Positions 57,351 through 64,000 of a DNA stretch of 64,000 nucleotides are shown piece after piece. How positions within the stretch are numbered: the stretch's first letter is position 1; each line of letters starts with the position of its first letter. This DNA is from Minisyncoccota bacterium (GTDB lineage: Bacteria; Patescibacteriota; Minisyncoccia; Phycocordibacterales; UBA9973). The translations under genes were made by a program, and so were the position numbers. A model generated the notes under the pieces. It saw only the letters and a list, made by a program, of their open reading frames with translations. It was not told the DNA's origin and did not search any database. The DNA is taken from assembly GCA_041664465.1 (NCBI GenBank), contig JBAYKP010000001.1:4204-68203 (forward strand). Reading direction: 5' to 3'.

Positions 57351-58346
57351 TTATTTAAGTGTTATATTATATCCTCCAAGAATTTTCTTTATTTCTTGAA
57401 TTCCTTTATCTCCGATACCATCAATTTCTAATAAATCTTCTTTCTTTTTACGTGCGATACCTCCGATAGTACGAATATTTGCATCTGTGAGAGCATTTAA
57501 TGTACGAGTAGAAAGATTCAAAGTATCAATACGAGTCTTTAAGATATCTGTAAATTCATTACCTTCGCTCTTATCTTCTTCTGTTTCTTTTCCACTTTCT
57601 GTACGAGTTGTGGGTGGAGTAGCTTCTGTCTTGTCATTAGCTAATGATCTATTCTCTACAGTAAAGCCAACAATTGCTTGAAGTTGTTCTACCATTATCA
57701 CGATAGCTTTCTCTAGAGCTTCACGTGGAGTAAGGGTGCCATCTGTCTCTATGGTCATACGTAGACGATTGTGGTTGGTTTTGTCTCCGACACGCATATT
57801 CTCAACTTCATAAGCTACACGACGAATAGGAGTAAAAATAGCATCAAGAGATATAACTCCGACATCATTTTTCTCTTTTTGGTGGACATCTTTAGGAACA
57901 AAGCCAAGCCCTTTCTCTACAGTCATTTCTATGGAAAGATTAGTCTTGCCAGTAACCTCTGCAATATATAAATCTTTATTTAAAACTTCTACTTGACCAC
58001 TAACGGTAATATCAGAAGCTTTAATTACTTTTGGTCCTTTTATTGAAAGTTTAACAGTTTGAGGCTCATCAGTAAGTAAGTGAAAACGAACTTGCTTCAA
58101 ATGAAGAAGTATAGTGATAACATCTTCTTTTACTCCATCTATGACAGAGAATTCATGATCGACTCCATCAATTTTAAGAGTTGTAATAGCTGCACCTGAA
58201 AGAGATGAAAGAATAATACGACGAAGAGAATTTCCTAAGGTATGGCCATACCCAGGGTAGAGACCATCAATCTCATAGACACCTTTGGTATCTACTTCAG
58301 AAACGATGGATAATTTGGATGGTAATATGATATTTAAATCAGACAT
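57351..58346 (-). CDS. rpoA: RNA polymerase alpha subunit
   Basis: GYGHTLGNSLRRILLS-like, HEFS, DAIFTP and alpha-CTD. Confidence 0.97.
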   Translation of the reverse strand: MSDLNIILPSKLSIVSEVDTKGVYEIDGLYPGYGHTLGNSLRRIILSSLSGAAITTLKIDGVDHEFSVIDGVKEDVITILLHLKQVRFHLLTDEPQTVKLSIKGPKVIKASDITVSGQVEVLNKDLYIAEVTGKTNLSIEMTVEKGLGFVPKDVHQKEKNDVGVISLDAIFTPIRRVAYEVENMRVGDKTNHNRLRMTIETDGTLTPREALEKAIVIMVEQLQAIVGFTVENRSLANDKTEATPPTTRTESGKETEEDKSEGNEFTDILKTRIDTLNLSTRTLNALTDANIRTIGGIARKKKEDLLEIDGIGDKGIQEIKKILGGYNITLK

Positions 58347-58353
58347 ATGATAT

Positions 58354-58371
58354 TTGCGAGTGCACTCGCAA
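58354..58371. repeat. Perfect 18-bp palindrome upstream of rpoA
   Basis: TTGCGAGTGCACTCGCAA. Confidence 0.5.
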
Positions 58372-58408
58372 TAAATTATTTATTAAAACTCACCATACAT
58401 TACTATTA

Positions 58409-59017
58409 TTAACGACTATAAAATTCAAGCACTGTGTTTAAATCAAGGAAACCTTCAATATTTTTTGGTTTACCGACAACTGTTCCGGCAAGCTTCGCAA
58501 CATCAAAAGTAAGCCAGTTGGGAGCGGTATATTCTTTCATTTTCTTTTCTATTTCAGCGAATAGGACACTCTTCTTGCTTCCTTCGCGGACAGCGACAAC
58601 GTCGCCTACTTTGACACGCAAAGATGGGATTGTGGTCTTCTTGCCATTTACTGTAAAGTGACCATGTGATGCCATCTGACGAGACAAGCGACGAGTATGA
58701 GCAAGCCCAAGTCTGTATGCTACGTTATCAAGTCTTCTCTCAAGTAATTCAAAAAGATATTCGGTAGCAACTGTCCCTTTATGAGAAACTGCTTCTTTGA
58801 CATAATTAGAAAATTGCTTTTCACTTATATTGTACATAAAGCGAACCTTCTGCTTCTCTACAAACTGAAGAGCGTATCCAGAGAGAGCTTTCGGTCTCTT
58901 ATTCTTTGAATTCTTTAAATGACGAGCTTCAGATGCAACAAATTTAGCCGTTTGGCATTTTTCAAATACACCCGCTCCTAATCTTCTTCCTATTTTATAT
59001 TTTTGAACTTTTTTCAT
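58409..59017 (-). CDS. rpsD: 30S ribosomal protein S4
   Basis: EKQK, LERRLDN, HGH and EFYSR motifs. Confidence 0.97.
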   Translation of the reverse strand: MKKVQKYKIGRRLGAGVFEKCQTAKFVASEARHLKNSKNKRPKALSGYALQFVEKQKVRFMYNISEKQFSNYVKEAVSHKGTVATEYLFELLERRLDNVAYRLGLAHTRRLSRQMASHGHFTVNGKKTTIPSLRVKVGDVVAVREGSKKSVLFAEIEKKMKEYTAPNWLTFDVAKLAGTVVGKPKNIEGFLDLNTVLEFYSR

Positions 59018-59023
59018 AATTAT

Positions 59024-59470
59024 TTATACTCTACGTGGCTTCTTAGGTTTTGGACCATTGTGTGGAACCGGGGTTATATCTTTCACTCCTGATATTTCAA
59101 TATCGTAAGCCATAAAAGCACGAATCGTAGGCTCTCGCCCCGAACCAACGCCCTTAACTTTTACATCTACTTCTTTAATTCCTAAAGCTTTAGCTTTTTC
59201 ACCTATGACAGAGCCTGCCTTAGAAGCAGCAAATGGAGTCCCCTTTTTAGCACCTTTAAATCCTAATGATCCTGCCGAAGTCCAGAATAAAGTATTTCCT
59301 TCTTTGTCAGAAAGAACCACTTTTGTATTATTGAAAGTAGCTTCTACGTGCAAAGTGCCAGCCACTACCTTTTTCTTTGGAGTTTTAGTGGCAGATTTAA
59401 CTACTTCAGCAACTTCTGCTGGAGCATCTTTCTTCTCTTCTTCTTTTGTTATAATTTTTATCTTTCCCAT
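59024..59470 (-). CDS. rpsK: 30S ribosomal protein S11
   Basis: ATFNNT, KGTPFAA and DITPVPHNG. Confidence 0.97.
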   Translation of the reverse strand: MGKIKIITKEEEKKDAPAEVAEVVKSATKTPKKKVVAGTLHVEATFNNTKVVLSDKEGNTLFWTSAGSLGFKGAKKGTPFAASKAGSVIGEKAKALGIKEVDVKVKGVGSGREPTIRAFMAYDIEISGVKDITPVPHNGPKPKKPRRV

Positions 59471-59491
59471 ATTGTTTTTGTTCTGATGTTA

Positions 59492-59872
59492 CTAGGTTTT
59501 GGATTCCTTTCGGCGACCAGATGCCATTGTCTTACGTACGTTACCTCTGATAGTTCTAGAATTCGTCTTGGTCCTTTGTCCGTTGACTGGCAAGCGACGC
59601 ATATGTCTAACTCCCCTGTATGACTTGATATCTTTCAATCGTTTAATGTTGGAAGATATTTCGCGTCGAAGTGATCCTTCAATGGACATAGTTTCTATAA
59701 CTTTACGAATAGCATTCTCTTGATCTACTGTGAGAGTATCAGCTTTGATAGTAGGATCTATCTTCACTTCTTTTAAAATAGAGCGGGCGCGAGATATACC
59801 TATGCCATAGAGAGCAGTAAGTCCAACGTCTAAATGTTTATTATTAGGGATATTTATTCCAAGAATTCTCAT
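59492..59872 (-). CDS. rpsM: 30S ribosomal protein S13
   Basis: MRILGINIP start, YGIG, YRGVRH and LPVNGQRTKTN. Confidence 0.96.
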   Translation of the reverse strand: MRILGINIPNNKHLDVGLTALYGIGISRARSILKEVKIDPTIKADTLTVDQENAIRKVIETMSIEGSLRREISSNIKRLKDIKSYRGVRHMRRLPVNGQRTKTNSRTIRGNVRKTMASGRRKESKT

Positions 59873-59879
59873 ATATAAA

Positions 59880-59990
59880 TTATTGTTTTTGTTTATGTTT
59901 AGGATTAGAACAAATAACGCGGAGATGACCTTCACGTTTTACCATTTTGCATTTCGCACAGATTTTCTTCACGGATGATTTTATTTTCAT
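59880..59990 (-). CDS. rpmJ: 50S ribosomal protein L36
   Basis: [36 protein letters not shown], zinc-binding C-C-C-H type; below the ORF-track cutoff. Confidence 0.95.
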   Translation of the reverse strand: MKIKSSVKKICAKCKMVKREGHLRVICSNPKHKQKQ

Positions 59991-60096
59991 ATTTTATCTT
60001 CTAAAATGAAAGAAAAATAAAGGGTGCATACCCTGTATTGGACCTTCGTATTATCGGTATTATATTACACTATTTAAATAAAAATGCAAGACCCAT

Positions 60097-60312
60097 CTAT
60101 CCTCTTTTAATAATTCTACCTTTCCCACCGTATGGATCAAGCAAAACTTCTACCCGATCCCCCAATAATACCTTAATCCTATGCATCCGCATCTTCCCAG
60201 ACAAATAACTGATGATGATTTTACCATCACCTAAGTCTACTCTAAAGAGTGTATTTGGGAGGGCTTCTGTGACTATACCTATTGCTGTATTATTGTCGCC
60301 TTGTTGATTCAT
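60097..60312 (-). CDS. infA: Translation initiation factor IF-1
   Basis: EALPNTLFRV, SGKMR and GDRV..GRI. Confidence 0.95.
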   Translation of the reverse strand: MNQQGDNNTAIGIVTEALPNTLFRVDLGDGKIIISYLSGKMRMHRIKVLLGDRVEVLLDPYGGKGRIIKRG

Positions 60313-60470
60313 CCCGTGTGAAATTTTCTATTACTTGATATTACATTAGAACGTATACCGCTTCGTTTAAAATTTTTTACAAAATATTCTCTTTTTAAAT
60401 TTCTATCGGGATTCATTTAATGTAATATCATCATAACAAAAATATAAATTCTAGTCAATAGATAGATCCA

Positions 60471-61772
60471 CTATTTCAATATAATATTTATCTTTTTGGC
60501 ATTTTCTGGTAAACTTTTAGACCATAGAGGGAATATTCTTATTGAAGCACTAGATATACCAGGGTCTTGTTTTAAAATATCGGGGATTTCCACTTTCTTT
60601 TTACCAACTAATACATCTTTAAGTTCTAATACATCTGGCTTCCAATCAAGTGGCAAGCTACCAGTCAATTCAAAATCAAAACTATCTATATCTTTACTTA
60701 CTACTTGATCTTTATTAACAAAATTAAAAGAGAGTAAAGATAAATCTGGATTAAGAATTTCAGATCTTTCTTTGGGTGAAATATTGGGCAACAATTTTTG
60801 AATAAGAAATTCTGATAAGTCATCTTCTTTCATTAAGAATGCCGAGACGGTACTTTTAATTTCTATGGTCGTGTTGGGATTTTTAGAAACTACATTTTCT
60901 CCGACAATTTCGTGAGAGAAGTTCACAATATCAGGATAAAGGATATACCCTTTCGGTACTTGAGCTGAGAGTTTGCGTAGAAGCTTCTCTTTAAGAGCTG
61001 TTGTATTACTTAAGATATCAGTTTTCTCCTTTTCATCTAGGATATAAACGAGCCCTACCATACCTCCGGTCAAAGGTATTTTCGTCTGGCCATATATCTT
61101 TTTATATTTAGTCGTCCCCTTGAAAGAATTAATAGAAAAAGTGGCTGGCGATCCATTGTAAGTATCTCCAGCAAGAAAGGCCGTGATGCCTACTGAAATT
61201 TGCCCAGGGATTATAGCCTTAACTCCATCTAGTGTATAGCCCGGTATTGAGACGGTCTTATCTATCTTGTACGACTTACCCTTTTCATCTGAAATGAAAG
61301 TTCCCGCAGTAATCTTTTGCACTTTCGTACTATATTCATTATATAGAGTTATTTCTCCTTTGGCTTTTTCGGATGCATCTAAAGACGAAGTATATACGAC
61401 ATCTTTACTTTGATTATCAGATACAATCATGACCTCAAAAGGAATATTACCAGATGAAAGTTTCCCTCCTGTAAATTTATCGTGACTTAGCTCAAAAGTT
61501 TGATTCTTGTGAATAATAGTAATTTTTGCACTAAGAAATTCTGTAGACAACAGATAAAATGCTCCTATGGCTATAGATAGGACGAAGAAAAAAAGAATGG
61601 TTTTATTAAAAGGACGATTTCTGTCTCGCATTCTAGGAGTATCTGGTATTCTTTTGGTAGAACGAGACAGCTCCTTTCCCTTTTCTTTCTTCTTGAGAAA
61701 GTCATACTTGTCAGAAGAAGGCTCTTCCTCCTTTATATTATTTAGTTTGAAATCTTCTAGTTTCCTATTCAT
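60471..61772 (-). CDS. Single-TM hypothetical protein (baseplate-J-like beta region possible)
   Basis: One N-proximal TM; KAKGEITLYN, GDTYN and LTGG motifs; overlaps the upstream FtsA-like gene. Confidence 0.6.
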   Translation of the reverse strand: MNRKLEDFKLNNIKEEEPSSDKYDFLKKKEKGKELSRSTKRIPDTPRMRDRNRPFNKTILFFFVLSIAIGAFYLLSTEFLSAKITIIHKNQTFELSHDKFTGGKLSSGNIPFEVMIVSDNQSKDVVYTSSLDASEKAKGEITLYNEYSTKVQKITAGTFISDEKGKSYKIDKTVSIPGYTLDGVKAIIPGQISVGITAFLAGDTYNGSPATFSINSFKGTTKYKKIYGQTKIPLTGGMVGLVYILDEKEKTDILSNTTALKEKLLRKLSAQVPKGYILYPDIVNFSHEIVGENVVSKNPNTTIEIKSTVSAFLMKEDDLSEFLIQKLLPNISPKERSEILNPDLSLLSFNFVNKDQVVSKDIDSFDFELTGSLPLDWKPDVLELKDVLVGKKKVEIPDILKQDPGISSASIRIFPLWSKSLPENAKKINIILK

Positions 61773-62949
61773 ATAATTGTTCCATTTTTCTCATAACACT
61801 TATAGATTCTATCATTAAGAAGGGGTCACAAGTCCCATTATTGATATTGCACATATTTAAAAATTCCGGACCATCGATGGTAACTAGGGTAAACTTTTTA
61901 TTGGGAACCATAGACTCTATATATTCATCATTGTTTATAATTTTCACAAACCAATCCTTCACATCAGAATCAATAGTGAGAAACATTGTATTGGGCAAGG
62001 TTAGAGTACGAGGAAGTGTATTGATGCATTCCTTGAAAGATACTCCCCATAACTTCTGCATAGTTTCTAAGACTGGAAGAAGTTTATCCTTCTCTTTTTC
62101 AGATAAAGTGCCTCTACTGAAAAGAGAAAGTATTTCATAGGCATCACGTAATTCAATCCTAAGCTTTTTACAAATGTTTCTAAATAAAGTTTTCCTGCCA
62201 TAAGGAAATGAAAGTGAATCTCTAATGATACCCTTAGAGATGATACCAATGTCAGTGACTTCTCCTCCAATATCTAACAATAGATAAGAATCGTGATTCA
62301 TATATCTATCCCTGACAGCAATATATGAGCTCATCATAAAGGAAGAGAAAGAAACAGGTGTATGATGAAAATTTTGAGAGATAGTTTCTTTGATTTTATC
62401 TAGGCAGACTTTTGGGGAAAGAGATATTACCATATCCATCTCTATAGAGCGAGTCTTCTTGCCCATTGGATCATATACGTGATAACCATTGAGAGCCACG
62501 CCAATGACTGGATGCTCGATAACTTCTGAGGTACTATCCACTCCATACTTATTCTTATAAATAAGATTGAATGATTCTATTTCTTTTTCCAATAATTCAT
62601 CTACTATCTTTTTCGTAAAAGTGAAGGAATGCTCTTTGGATATCTTAATCATTCTTGTTTCTGATATATACCAAGGAGATGCCAAGACGCAGACTATCTC
62701 ATCCGGTGCTCCAAGCGAACTTTCATATATACTTTTAGATGTAAAACCAAGAGCAAGAATCATATCTTTGAGAAATAGATCGAAGTTCAATTCTTCTCTA
62801 TCTACTATGTCCGTACGAGCAGATTTGATAATTGTCGGTAGACTTTCCTTGCCAGTCGGGATCTTCACAAGTGCCCCTCCGACACTCCCCGAGCCAATAT
62901 CAAAAATAGCAACAATCCTTTCTTTCTTTTTAGATGTAAATAATCCCAT
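61765..62949 (-). CDS. FtsA/PilM-like actin-fold protein
   Basis: FDIGSGSV and LDIGGEVTD phosphate-loop motifs, FPYG. Confidence 0.7.
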   Translation of the reverse strand: MGLFTSKKKERIVAIFDIGSGSVGGALVKIPTGKESLPTIIKSARTDIVDREELNFDLFLKDMILALGFTSKSIYESSLGAPDEIVCVLASPWYISETRMIKISKEHSFTFTKKIVDELLEKEIESFNLIYKNKYGVDSTSEVIEHPVIGVALNGYHVYDPMGKKTRSIEMDMVISLSPKVCLDKIKETISQNFHHTPVSFSSFMMSSYIAVRDRYMNHDSYLLLDIGGEVTDIGIISKGIIRDSLSFPYGRKTLFRNICKKLRIELRDAYEILSLFSRGTLSEKEKDKLLPVLETMQKLWGVSFKECINTLPRTLTLPNTMFLTIDSDVKDWFVKIINNDEYIESMVPNKKFTLVTIDGPEFLNMCNINNGTCDPFLMIESISVMRKMEQLYE

Positions 62950-63000
62950 ATGTATATTATACTACATCATTAATAAAAATGCTCTATAATTTGTGGAAAA

Positions 63001-64000
63001 TTATTCAAGAATCGCTTTAATTCGGCGGACACCAGCAGAGCTGGCTTCTTCTTTTTGGATTTTAAATACACCTAAATCACCAGTGTTCTCGGCATGCGGT
63101 CCACCACAGAATTCTTTTGAAATAGCATTGCCATTTTTATCCTCTATAAAGTATACAGATACTACTTCGGGGTACTTTGCACCAAATTCCATTTGAGCAC
63201 CAAGCTTTTCAGCTTCAGCTAAAGGCATCTCGCGTCTAACAACATTTAGATTCTCTTTTATTCTATCGTTCACCCAGTCTTCTACTTTTTTCTTTTCTTC
63301 ATCTGAGAGCTTGTGATCACACATAAAATCCATACGAAGCCTCTCTTCTGTGATATTACTTCCTCTTTGTTTGATATCAGGAAAAACTATTGCTTGTAAT
63401 CCTGCAAGCAGTAAGTGGTGTGCTGTATGAAGCTTCACAATCTTATCACTATTTCCCGCAAGCCCACCCTTGAACATCCCAGCACTTGAAGTGCGAGATA
63501 AAGCTTGATGCTCTTTTAATTTCTTATCAAAATCTTCTCTATCTATTTTTATTCCTTTTTCTTTTGCAAGTTCTTCTGTGAGTTCAATCGGGAAACCAAA
63601 ACTCTGAAATAAATCAAAAGGGTCTATACCTTTTTCAAATGCTTTTAAGCCTTGCTCCAACGTCAAGCGAAACTTTTCTTCTTCTTCTTTGATTATTCCT
63701 TTATCATCTAAAATATATGCACCTTTATATATGTCTTTAATTTTTTCAATCATTTCGTATAAAGGTTTTCTTGAAAGTCTCGCTGCCCTTCTTATCAGTC
63801 TTCTAAGAACATACCCTCTACCAGTGTTGCCAGGTATAACACCGTCAGAAATCATAAATAAAGATGCCTTCACGTGATCGATAATAATTCTCTCTTCTCT
63901 TGTTTTTTCTCCTCCAAACAAATCCGTATCAAATACTGTTTTAACTCCTTGTTTTACCATCACTATTCTCTCAAGACCCATTCCTGTATCTACATTATGC
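63001..64000 (-). CDS. alaS: Alanine--tRNA ligase, C-terminal part (runs off the window)
   Basis: VDTGMGLER, GRGYVLRRLIRR, HTAHH, EFCGGPH and GVRRI; ends after the editing domain. Confidence 0.93.
   Translation of the reverse strand, partial: HNVDTGMGLERIVMVKQGVKTVFDTDLFGGEKTREERIIIDHVKASLFMISDGVIPGNTGRGYVLRRLIRRAARLSRKPLYEMIEKIKDIYKGAYILDDKGIIKEEEEKFRLTLEQGLKAFEKGIDPFDLFQSFGFPIELTEELAKEKGIKIDREDFDKKLKEHQALSRTSSAGMFKGGLAGNSDKIVKLHTAHHLLLAGLQAIVFPDIKQRGSNITEERLRMDFMCDHKLSDEEKKKVEDWVNDRIKENLNVVRREMPLAEAEKLGAQMEFGAKYPEVVSVYFIEDKNGNAISKEFCGGPHAENTGDLGVFKIQKEEASSAGVRRIKAILE

Noticed and set aside
57560-57660. Long rpoA linker containing the palindrome TCATTAGCTAATGA
   Set aside because: The alpha NTD-CTD linker is naturally variable, and the palindrome is AT-rich with no second copy seen.
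60471-61772. Prophage suggested by a baseplate-J-like region
   Set aside because: No other phage genes; the protein is membrane-anchored in a housekeeping context.
382-63877. Many 60-140 aa ORFs antisense to or nested in conserved genes
   Set aside because: Shadow frames of well-supported genes, with no motifs or independent signals.

Overview
AT-rich bacterial chromosomal segment, standard genetic code (TGA is used as stop). Gene content is most consistent with a Patescibacteria/CPR (Parcubacteria-like) genome; this is inference from short AspRS and AlaRS, split transketolase, PaaX/Cas2-like genes, an FtsA-like pair and many apparently leaderless genes. Core blocks: a glycolysis/non-oxidative pentose phosphate cluster (fba, pfkB, tkt, rpe, rpiB, gap), dapF, gatB, tRNA-Leu(TAA), gltX, murG-ftsW-mraY, scpAB, aspS, trpS, dnaB, recR, rplU, corA-like, cysS, grpE/dnaK/dnaJ, the infA-rpmJ-rpsM-rpsK-rpsD-rpoA-rplQ-rplM-rpsI cluster and a partial alaS. 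Main non-routine signals: (1) short GC-rich palindromic elements, several sitting in frame inside housekeeping enzymes; (2) a PaaX/Cas2-like gene bracketed by two copies of a 36-bp palindrome, one of which is its own promoter; (3) a self-contained arginine-to-spermidine island with its own aspartokinase and Asd; (4) a duplicated cassette encoding a two-signal-peptide surface protein with a variable C-terminal half plus a lipoprotein; (5) a stand-alone trpB behind a Trp attenuator whose leader has no AUG; (6) a split sensor/kinase module next to a DUF2156-type aminoacyl transferase. All calls come from reading motifs by eye; no database searches or folding programs were run.
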